A DNA stretch of 42,796 bases, taken from positions 310,001-352,796 of the forward strand of contig JAVKOQ020000020.1 of assembly GCA_031835245.2 (NCBI GenBank), read 5' to 3'. The notes under the pieces were generated by a model. It was not told where the DNA came from. It ran no database searches and worked only from the letters and a program-made list of their open reading frames with translations. Source of the DNA: Balamuthia mandrillaris (taxonomy: Eukaryota). Positions 33,879 through 42,796 of this stretch are shown piece by piece (position 1 is the first letter of the stretch; each line of letters opens with the position of its first letter). A program made the translations under genes and the position numbers.

Positions 33879-36800
33879 ATGAAAACGGTGCGTTATGCTT
33901 TGGTGGTGTTGCTCAGTTTCGTGGCTCTGCAGTGCGAAGCCGCAGATCATGACCTACTCTATGCAATGGCTGGTCGTGAGTTATTGACTTCTTCGACAGG
34001 TTCAGCCGCTCTTTTTGCAACGGTTAGTCTCGATATGTTTGTCTGTTTTACACTCTGTTCTTCTCCGATTTAGTCTCTTCTGTTTGCGGAGATGAGGCTC
34101 TGACTTTAAAGCCAACATAGGTCTCTAATTTGGGAGACTTGGATGGGGATGGAAACCAAGACTTGCTCATGGGAAACCCTCCGCATCTTCGCCTTGTCTT
34201 CTTGAACGACGATGGCTCCAACAAAGCCGAAGTCCAAATTCCAGATGCCAACTCGAACCTCACCATGCCGGCTAGCTTTGGAGAGTTTCATGCCAGCTTT
34301 CGAAACGAAGAAGACAAAGTAACAGTCCTCGCCATCACCTGCGAGTCCACAGCAAGCTTTTGGTGGTTCCAACTGGCTTCCGACGGTAGCATTATAGGCG
34401 GTGATGATGCGGTTGTTTCTGGACAAGTTCCAGGCCAACTCCCGGACGGTTGTCCTGCTGCCTTCCTTCGATTCTTGTCTAGAGATGATGATAGGAAAGT
34501 GGTCCGCTTTGCGGCAGTGAATATCACAGACTTTGAGGAAACAGTGGGAGAGGAGTTGGTTATTCTTACATTTGGAGAGGATGGAGAGGCTTTCTGGAAT
34601 GAGACAGTTTCGACGTCGGCGCCAGCTAGACCTCCACTTTCCTATTACCCCTTCCCCAGGTATCCCAGACTCTTTACGTTGGGTATGTTTTCATTCGTTC
34701 AGTTTTGCCGCTTTATGCAAAGTTTAGTCATTGTCATTTATTTTTGCTTTTCATATAGATGCAGATGATGATGGAGTCATTGATGTGTTATTCTCATGGC
34801 TTGTGCTACCAAACCTGTATGCCCCAATGTTGAGCGTTGATGCAGATGGAATAGATGATTTGTTGGTCACTGGAAGCATGCTGGACTATCCGAATTTCTC
34901 GCCTGTTAGTACAGCTGAATTTTTGGTGATGTCGTTGACTGCGGATGGAAGCTTCAAGGACTTGAACCTTCTTCCTGGAACATTCGATCCTGGCTTCAAC
35001 TTTTTGAATTCGTAACCTCCCTTCTGTCTTGCATGCTTTTTTGTTCTCCTTCTCCTTTCTCCTTTCTCCTTCTCCTTCTCCTTTCTCCTTCTGCTTCTGC
35101 TTCTGCTTCTGCTTCTGCTTCTGCTTCTCCTTCTCCTTCTCCTTCTCCTTCTCCTTCTCCTTCTCCTTCTCCTTCTCCTTCTCCTTCTCCTTCTCCTTCT
35201 CCTTCTTGCTTACAGATCGACATTCAGAATGGACATGATACCTTTGCCAGACGTCAACCAGGATGGAACCGAAGATATAGCCATGAGAGTCTCGGGAGGG
35301 CTTTGGACCACCTTTATGCATCAAGCCACATTCTCTTTCAACATATCCTCCTTGACTATCTCCAGAAATGTCTCCGAAATACTTGTGGAAGTGACTTTCT
35401 CCCGCCAGCCGACCGATGGAGAGGTAACCCTTCCTTTCGAGATCACGGGGAGCGCAGTCAAGGGCAAGGACTTCCGTGTGTCCTCCACCACTCCAAGTCC
35501 TTTGAGATTCCCTATCGGTGAAACCAAGGCAAACTTCTTCCTGTTGTTCTTTGAAGAAGAGAAGGAAAATTGGGGATTGGAGAAGCATCTTTGCATTCAA
35601 CTCTTGCGGCCGACTCCCGAGCTGTTCAGGTTGCATCCTCATAGCAGTATTCTCAACATCACATTGCTTCCTATACATTCTGAACCCTACGTCCCTGGGG
35701 AGGACTCCGACTCCGCCTCTCCCTCCTCTTCTGCGTCTTCGAGTGGCGCCAAGGAAGCAGAAACTGGAGAGAGTTCAGAGGATTCAAGTCGTTTGGTTCC
35801 AATTTTGGTTCCGCTCTCGGTCGTGATTCTGCTGATGGCAGCATTCGTCACAACCGTCATCATTTGGAGAAGAAAGAAGATGAAGAAGCGGAAAAAAACG
35901 CTGGAAGGAAGCAGTACCATGATGGAAGACGTCGAAGCACTGAAAACACAAGAGATTTACGCCACCACTGCTGACCTCAAGGACGAGAACGAAGAAGCGG
36001 AGGAAGAAAATAAGGACAAGAAGGAAAAGAGAAAGTCGATGCGACCCGTGTCTTTGGTGATGAAGCAAAACAAAATCATCGGAATCACTGATATGTGGTG
36101 TTTGAACTTCAAAGAACTGGAATTCCAAGAAGAGATTGGACAAGGGTCTTTTGGAGTGGTGTATCGAGGAATTTGGAGAAACACGACTGTGGCCATCAAG
36201 TGCGTGAAGAGCAACTCGTTAAGCAAGAAGCAGATGGAAGAGTTCAGGCAGGAGGTGGACATGATGTCCGGCTTGAGGCCACATGTACATGTGGTGCAGC
36301 TGTTGGGAGTGTGTGTGGATGCTGCCTTTCCCCTATGCATCGTGACGGAGTTCTTGTCCAAAGGCAGTCTGTTGGACTACTTGCAAAGCCTCAAGCAAAA
36401 CGAGTACACGTTCCCCTTACCCTTTCTTCTCGCTTCTAGTATTTCTTGATCTTCTTTATGCTTCCCTTGTTCTGCTCCTGCTTCTCCTCCTCCGCTCTCT
36501 TCATCTTCGCTCTTCTCTTCATCTTTCCTTCTTCTCCGTCTTCTTTTCACTGCTTCTCTTCTTTATTTTCTAAGCATTGTTGTTTCAACGTATAGGAGCA
36601 ATTTGAGCATGAAAAAGATGATTAACATCGCGAAAGGAGTTGCAAGCGGAATGCAACACCTTCACGCAGAACATGTGGTTCATCGCGATTTGGCTGCTCG
36701 CAACGTACTGTTGACTTCAGATCTGACCGCCAAAGTGGCTGACTTTGGGATGTCTCGTCTTGTGGCTTCGGAGGAGAATCAGCACCAAACTTCCACGTAT

Positions 36801-37229
36801 GTGGGCCCTGTTCGATGGATGGTTGATTATCTCGTCTATCGTCTTTTTCTTTCATCTTATTCCTTTTTTTTCTTTCATTTTGCTCTTCCATTCTTTCCAC
36901 TCTTCAATTTTATGTTTTTCTTTCTCATTTCATTTCATTCACAAAAGGCGCCAGAGAGCATTGAAGACAGAGTGTATTCTGAAGCATCGGATGTGTGGAG
37001 CTTCGGCGTGTTGCTGTGGGAGATCTGCACCCTCGGAGCCATGCCATTTGCTCAGATGACCGCCCTGAAGGCCACGCTCCATGTGCTGCAAGGTGGACAA
37101 CTGGACATTCCCAGCGAGGAAGAGGGATGTCCTGCGGTGTTTGCAGAGTTAATGAGAAGTTGTTGGCGATGGGATGCTTCAGAGAGACCTACGTTTGCTG
37201 ACATCGTTGTTCTATTAAAGCAAGGATGA
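33879..37229 (+). CDS. Single-pass receptor kinase (TKL/Tyr-kinase-like) with FG-GAP-like repeats and a Calx-beta/Ig-like ectodomain, multi-exon
   Basis: Signal peptide MKTVRYALVVLLSFVALQCEA; GDLDGDGNQDLLMG, DADDDGVIDVL, DADGIDDLLV, PDVNQDGTEDIA; TM LVPILVPLSVVILLMAAFVTTVIIW; GQGSFG, VAIK, HRDLAARN, DFG, GPVRWM|APE, SDVWSFG. Confidence 0.9.
35040..35206. repeat. (CTTCTG)n/(CTTCTC)n hexanucleotide intronic repeat
   Basis: Read directly from the sequence. Confidence 0.95.
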
Positions 37230-37422
37230 TTCTCCGTGTTTCAGGTAATTACCTGTTCGTATTCCCGTGGCCCCTCTGTGCTCTCCTCTCCTGCCTCCTC
37301 TCTCCTCGCTTCGACCACAAAAATTGTCAAAATTATCCTTTAGTTTCTTGCTGCAACAGCTTTGATAAATAGTCAATGGTACAGTGGGAGAGGGCCAACC
37401 AACGCTCAGAGATTGGTCAGCT

Positions 37423-37929
37423 TTAGTTGATGGTAATGCGGTGGCCCTTGGGAGGTTCTGGCTTGGGGATGATCACCTCCAGCACCCCGTCCTTGTGATT
37501 GGCCTGGATGGCTGAGGCATCCACCCCCTGAGGCAAGAGGATGGACCGGTGGAAGCAACCAAAGCTTCGCTCCACCCGATGGAACTGCTCCTTCTCCTCC
37601 TTGCTCTCCTGCTTCCTCTCTCCTCGGATGTGAAGGCGCTGGTTCTCCACCTCCACCTCGATGTCCTCCTTGGGGATGCCCGGCAGCTCGGCATGCACCA
37701 CCACCGCCTTTTCTGTCTCCCTCACATCGCAGAGCGGGCTCCATTGGCGAGGCATCATGCTGAACAGGTCTTGCCTCCATGGGTTGGTGGTGGTGCTGAG
37801 GCTCTTCTCCTCGTTGCTGTTGGTGGGGTCCTTGGTGGCGGAGGAAGGTTGTGGTTGGTGGTTGTGGAATTCTCCGAAGAGGGAGTCCATTTGCCTTTGC
37901 AGGCGTCTCATTTCAGACCAAAGGCCCAT
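37423..37929 (-). CDS. Small heat-shock protein (HSP20/alpha-crystallin), intronless
   Basis: WSPLCDVRETEKAVVVHAELPGIPKEDI...HRVERSFGCFHRSILLP...ANHKDGVLEVIIPK; ATG at 37929. Confidence 0.96.
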   Translation of the reverse strand: MGLWSEMRRLQRQMDSLFGEFHNHQPQPSSATKDPTNSNEEKSLSTTTNPWRQDLFSMMPRQWSPLCDVRETEKAVVVHAELPGIPKEDIEVEVENQRLHIRGERKQESKEEKEQFHRVERSFGCFHRSILLPQGVDASAIQANHKDGVLEVIIPKPEPPKGHRITIN

Positions 37930-38043
37930 TGTGATTGCAGAATTGGTAGTGATGGATTGTGGTATGTGGATGTTTAGAATCTTGTTGTTCGTTGGTGATT
38001 CTTGTTCAACGACGAAGGGGGTTGATAGTGACAAATGACGAAG

Positions 38044-38051
38044 TATTTATA
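38044..38051 (-). promoter_or_regulatory. TATA box of HSP20
   Basis: TATAAATA on the minus strand, 115 bp upstream of the ATG. Confidence 0.7.
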
Positions 38052-38137
38052 TCCGCGCAACATCCATTCCACAAGTTTGTTTGGGCTGAGAATGACTGTT
38101 CTCAGATTCCTGATATTTTCGAGTTTCTTGCCTTGGA

Positions 38138-38152
38138 GGAAATTTCAAGAAG
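38138..38152. promoter_or_regulatory. Heat-shock element (nGAAnnTTCnnGAAn)
   Basis: gGAAatTTCaaGAAg is a perfect three-unit HSE about 90 bp upstream of the HSP20 TATA box. Confidence 0.75.
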
Positions 38153-38980
38153 TTTGCATGAAATTTTATTTTCTGTCGACCGCACGCAAAGAAGAGAGGA
38201 AGAAAAAGAAAATGGAGCAAACACAAAAGCAAGCAAGCGTCGTTGCTACGTGCGGCACGGAAGGGGGAAGCAAGTTGTATGTCCCTTCAACACGACAACC
38301 ACCCAAAACTGAAAAGTTCAAAAAGCAAAAATTAGTTGTAGGCGCACGTTTTTTTTTTTGTTGTTTTCCAGTTTTCAGGTTCAAAGAAAAAAAATAATGT
38401 GATGCAACGAAATTCGAGCGAAAAGAGAGTGAATGGCGTGATGACATCAGCCATGAAGGCGCAGCATTGGTCGATTGCTCGCCGCTTCATCACAAAGTTT
38501 TTTTGTTTTTGGATCGAAACGTCATGCCCAGAGATACTCGGTCCCTTTCATCTTGCGGGCAGGGGGAGTTGAGAAGATATTTAAAAGGAGAGAACGGCTG
38601 CGTCCCCCCTTGTGTTTGACAAGGTACGTCTACGAAACAAAGGAAAATAAAAATAATCCGTGTAGAAATGTGTGGAAAGCGAGGGGAGAGAAGGGAGAAC
38701 TTTCGTAGAGAACAGAAAGGAGAAACAAAGGAAACAAAATAAAATGTGTCAACCTCACGTTTAACTCCCTCTCCCAACTCTTGAGTCTTGAGAGCTTCCC
38801 TATCTCTTTCCGTCTTCTTTTTTTTTCTCCTTGTTGTTTGTCGAATGAAAAACAAAAACACTTTTCTGAAAAACCAAAGCAGAGGAAGAAAGAAAGCATT
38901 TAGTGTCGTTAGTGAAGGAAGAAGGAGACCGCACAATAGAGGAAGAAGAAGAAGAAACTGGAGAGCCAAAGCATAGAACA

Positions 38981-40222
38981 ATGGCAGAGGTCATGAACCC
39001 TAAGGAAGAACGGGCCGAAGAAGCATCCGAGCTGACTCAACTCGTGGCCAGCATACCCGAACTGGTGGAGCGGATAGCGGCGCAGGTGGAGGACGCCCGC
39101 TCCTTCCTCAACCTCTGCTTGGCGGGGCGCTGCTTCGGTGCCGTCCTCTGCAACCGGGCCAACCAAAGAGCAGCCAAGCAACGCTACCGCCGCTTCATAG
39201 AACGACATGAAGGAGGAACAGACGAAGGAGCACTGGCAGATGGAGCAAACAATGAAACAAGAACAGGAGGAGGTGGCGGAGGTGGTGGCAATGGTGGAGG
39301 AGGAGGACCTTCTTTGCCGACGAAGCCTCGAACCACTCTAAAGTACTATGTTCTGCCCAATGGAGCTTTGCATGGTCCCTTTGACCGATACAATCAGGAG
39401 AACGTCGTCATAGAGCATGTTCACTATGAGAACGGCAAGAGGGTGGGTCCTTACCATCAGTATCACGATGACGGCAGCCTCAAAGTCAGATGCTTCTACA
39501 ACGGGGAGGGGAAGAAGGAGGGGCCTTACAAGGAGTGGTACGCCAGTGGGGCTCTGAAGCTGCGCATGCAGTTCCGCAATGGCAAGGCGGAGGGTCGGTG
39601 CTTCATCTACTGGCCCAACAGGAAGCTCCGAGCGGTGAAGCATTACATCGGAGGAAAAGAGCACGGCTGCAGGCAGGAATGGTTCGGCAACGGCTTGCTC
39701 CGTAAGCAGTGCTTCTATAGACAGGGCCTCATGGAGGGAACCTACCGGGAGTGGCATCGTAACGGCAATCTCTTCTTGAGCGTGGATTACCGTGAGGGCA
39801 AGCGGCACGGACAGTTCTCCCGCTACTATGCCAGTGGCAGCCTTCATAGACGCTTTGAAATGCAGGCGGGCCTCCTCCACGGCCAGTACGTGGTGTGGCA
39901 TCCCAATGGCAGGGTCCACATTCGGGCCTCCTACAGAGAAGGAAAGAGAGAGGGGAGATATGAGGTGAAGAACGCGGCGGGAAAGATGGTGGAGAAGAAG
40001 AACTATCGAGAGGGCAGAGTGGAGAAGAAGAACCTGATGTACATACTTCGCAGGGCGAGCAAGCATCGTCGCAAAAAGCAGCAAACGCAACAAGGAGATG
40101 GTGGTGAGGATCAACGACAAGGGCAACATGAAACAAGAAGAAGAAAGATCAACGGACCTTTTCATGCCTTCATGAGAGGGACATGCTTTCATCTTACGAT
40201 GGCTACCCACAGCGTACAGTAA
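38981..40222 (+). CDS. Intronless F-box-like + MORN-variant (YwqK-like) repeat protein
   Basis: IPELVERIAAQVEDARSFLNLCLAGRCF (F-box-like), then about 9 repeats of G.x.x.G.Y/W..W..NG.L (e.g. GKKEGPYKEWYASGALK, GLMEGTYREWHRNGNL). Confidence 0.88.
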   Translation: MAEVMNPKEERAEEASELTQLVASIPELVERIAAQVEDARSFLNLCLAGRCFGAVLCNRANQRAAKQRYRRFIERHEGGTDEGALADGANNETRTGGGGGGGGNGGGGGPSLPTKPRTTLKYYVLPNGALHGPFDRYNQENVVIEHVHYENGKRVGPYHQYHDDGSLKVRCFYNGEGKKEGPYKEWYASGALKLRMQFRNGKAEGRCFIYWPNRKLRAVKHYIGGKEHGCRQEWFGNGLLRKQCFYRQGLMEGTYREWHRNGNLFLSVDYREGKRHGQFSRYYASGSLHRRFEMQAGLLHGQYVVWHPNGRVHIRASYREGKREGRYEVKNAAGKMVEKKNYREGRVEKKNLMYILRRASKHRRKKQQTQQGDGGEDQRQGQHETRRRKINGPFHAFMRGTCFHLTMATHSVQ

Positions 40223-40446
40223 AAAACACGATGAGAATGAGGCAAGAAAGAACTTCATCACCACTTTAATAACTGCATCCGCTTATTTTGTTGTGTTAAA
40301 TAAAGACTTTGTAACTATGAACAGACGTTACTACGAATCGCAAAAGATAAGGAAAACGAAGAGAGAGACAGAGACAGAGACAGAGACAGAGACAGAGAGA
40401 GATAGAGAGAAAGAAAGAGGGAGAGAATCCTATTCGTCCGCTGAGT

Positions 40447-40709
40447 TTACATAGTGCCACAACCTTGGTTGTTGCCTGCGTATGCAGCGGTTGCAGTTAA
40501 GGTTGGTAGTTTTCGTGAATCGGGTGCTGCAGACAAAGGCATTTGAGCAAGGCTTAACTCCCTTCCAAATGATACCACCTCAATGCGTTCAGGGAGTAGT
40601 GACTTAAGGGTGGCTGGTGTCATCATCAGCTCATAGCTCCCATCTCCAGACGATGCATACAATACATTTTGCATCAACACCCTTTGGTTTTAAGAAAAAG
40701 TTAAACGCG

Positions 40710-40755
<46 letters not shown>

Positions 40756-42712
40756 CGTACTCTGGGTCGACAATGGTGCGAAGATGTTTGCGGTGGTAAA
40801 AGGCAGGGAGCGATCCAGAATAGAGAGAATAGCCGGTGTGACGGTAAATGGTGGCCCTATCAGCCAAGGCCAGCATAGTCCTTCCACGTCCGGAGGGCAC
40901 TTCCCTGGGCACTTTCCTACCAGGCACATGAACTTTTGTGAACAAGGGTCTCGACCTTTTGATGAAAGGCCTCTCTCCTTCAAGGCTCTTAAAGTAACGC
41001 TTCAATGCCTTTTCATCCGCCTTGCGAGAGCCCAGCGTCAGCAGAAGGATCAGGTCGTAGGCTCCGCGCTTACCACGTTTGGCTCCATTGTCATGAAACT
41101 TGAACATGAACACCTCTTTGAGGATAGCGCGAAGTGGGAGTTTCATTGCGGTCGCTATTTCGGAGCACAGAGTGGGAGCGGCATATCTCTGAGTCTTCAC
41201 CATGTAGATGTGGCCGTCTTGGAGGGTTTCTGGAGATGGCAGCTTTGTTACTTCAGCAGCGCTTGGGTTGCAAACGATGCCGCGCAAAGGGAAGAACTTG
41301 TTCAGAAGGTTTTGGCAACGCAGGCTGTGAACCACACGAGAGTCGGAAGCTGAAAGATCCACGAGAGAGACGAGGGTAATGGTGGACAGATCTCTCCACA
41401 GCTTCAAAGCGTTGTGAGGTTCTTCTGCTACGGAGGAAGCACTTGACGTGAGACGCTCTCTGCCTTTCTCGTCTTGCTCGCTCTCTTTTTCCTCTTCCGT
41501 TTCTTTCTCTTTCTCTGCTTCGATACGAGCTGACTCTTGCCGCATCTTTGCACGAGCAAGAGTGGCAGCATACTCCGTCAAACCATCGGAAAGTAACTCA
41601 ACGAGAGTCCTATAGAAGGTGGAATGGTTTAACGGAACCTCAGTAGGAGGAAAAGGCATGTGCTGGTATTTGACGTCTTTTTGCACGCTGGTCACCAACT
41701 TTTTAAGAAGCTCCTCGCTGGCGTATTCTAGAAAACCACTTTCGGCCATCGTTACAAAGTGGGTGCGGAGGTAGGCCATGCAGAACTCGCTCAGAAGAGG
41801 GCAGTCATGATATTCGGCGATGTCGTACAGTAGGCATGCATTACTTTCGTCCACTTCTTTACACAAACAATATTGGCATCTCTATAATGCATCATACTGA
41901 GAGTGAGCGAATGAAGAGAGAACGAGAAGCAGAAAAGTTGAGAGAGTGATGACGTACATAAACCAAAGCAGAAAGATTATAACGATGGGCGAGTGGCAAT
42001 AGCTCCAACACAGCCTGTGCATTTGTAGCTTCTTGTTTCTTTTCGTCGATGATGTCGGGATTGGCACCGCTGTAAATGAATGCAAGCAATTGTTTGAAAA
42101 TAGAAGGAGAGGCATCGTCCACCACTACTCTGTTGCTCTGTGATTCCAACAATCCAGCTGTTGGTAGAAATATTGGTATCATAAGAATTAAAACAGACTC
42201 ATTCTTATTGAAGAAAGATAGAGAGAAGAGAGGGAACAGAGAACAGAGAACAGAGAAGAGCGAAGAGAGGAGAAGAGAAGAGTTGAGCGCAAGCTAGAAA
42301 CAAAGAAAAAAGAGAAGAAAAAAGAAAAATAGGACAAAAGAAAGCAGCAGTACCAGAAAACATTCTTTCAAAATAAGGTGAAACGGCGGTCAATATGGAC
42401 TTGTGGGCACGCAACGGCTGTCCTTGCACCACAAACGTTACATCACTCAGTGCTTTGAGGCTGTTATCCAAAGAAGAAGAAGAAGCTGGTTTGCCTTCCT
42501 CCTCGCTTTTATCTTGGCAAGTCTTTTCAAGGCAGTCGAGCATAGATTCCACGAACGGGAAAGGATCAAAGGTAACACGCCGTGTTGAACCCTGCTGCAT
42601 GTCTCCGGGTAGAACCAAAGGCACTTGATGTTTATGGGCGTAGTCTTTCAGCTCCTTTTCATGTGCGCGGACTTGCAGGTCATTTGTATAAACATATTCC
42701 TGGGATCGTTGG
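40447..42712 (-). CDS. BTB/POZ protein with C-terminal YbaK/ProX-like (tRNA-editing fold) domain; 5' end lies outside the window
   Basis: BTB SDVTFVVQGQPLRAHKSILTAVSPYFERMFS|...FKQLLAFIYSG...ELLPLAHRY; BACK-like NACLLYDIAEYHDCPLLSEFC. YbaK-like EIATAMKLPLRAILKEV...LILLLTLGSRKADEKAL...LADRATIYRHTGY..GSLPAF...TIVDPE|...LYASSG...LMMTPATL. Confidence 0.8.
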
Positions 42713-42796
42713 CTAAGTGTCTCTTTCTTCTTTTCTCTTTCTCTCTCTCTTTCTCTCTCTCCCTATCTCTCTTTGCTCTCTGCTCTCTGCTCTCTG

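Noticed and set aside
34806..35678. 290-aa minus-strand ORF with KEKEKE repeats
   Set aside because: Antisense to the receptor kinase and driven by an intronic hexamer repeat.
39338..40264. 308-aa antisense ORF over the MORN gene
   Set aside because: Shadow ORF of a GC-rich repetitive CDS on the opposite strand.
1..42796. CRISPR arrays, transposons, rRNA/tRNA genes, bacterial contamination
   Set aside because: The repeats are simple microsatellites without spacers. No transposase, RT or integrase motifs and no RNA genes were seen. The prokaryote-like genes carry spliceosomal introns.

Overview
Gene-dense, intron-rich eukaryotic DNA, most consistent with a free-living amoebozoan (a Balamuthia/Acanthamoeba-like protist; inferred from gene content and short GT-AG introns filled with (CT)n/(AG)n microsatellites). 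I reconstructed about 22 genes by hand-splicing the ORF track. Housekeeping-type genes: strumpellin/WASHC5 5' end, DUF1295 reductase-like protein, STI1-like TPR protein, dCMP deaminase, GSK3, a CLU+TPR protein, a TPR-SET/MYND protein and HSP20. Others: a plant-type F-box protein, a NodH-like sulfotransferase, an FG-GAP receptor kinase, an intronless F-box/MORN protein and a BTB-YbaK fusion. The most notable feature is a candidate RNA-repair locus at 21.6-31.1 kb with two co-oriented, bacterial/phage-type RNA ligase fusion genes. One is an apparently intact ATP-dependent RNA ligase fused to a P-loop polynucleotide kinase. The other is a Pol-beta (RlaP-like) nucleotidyltransferase fused to an Rnl1-like ligase that has lost several catalytic residues. 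A recurring upstream motif (TTTCGTGWCGWCAT) is a candidate promoter element. The first 2.7 kb contains frameshifts that look like sequencing errors. All family assignments come from motif recognition, not database searches.
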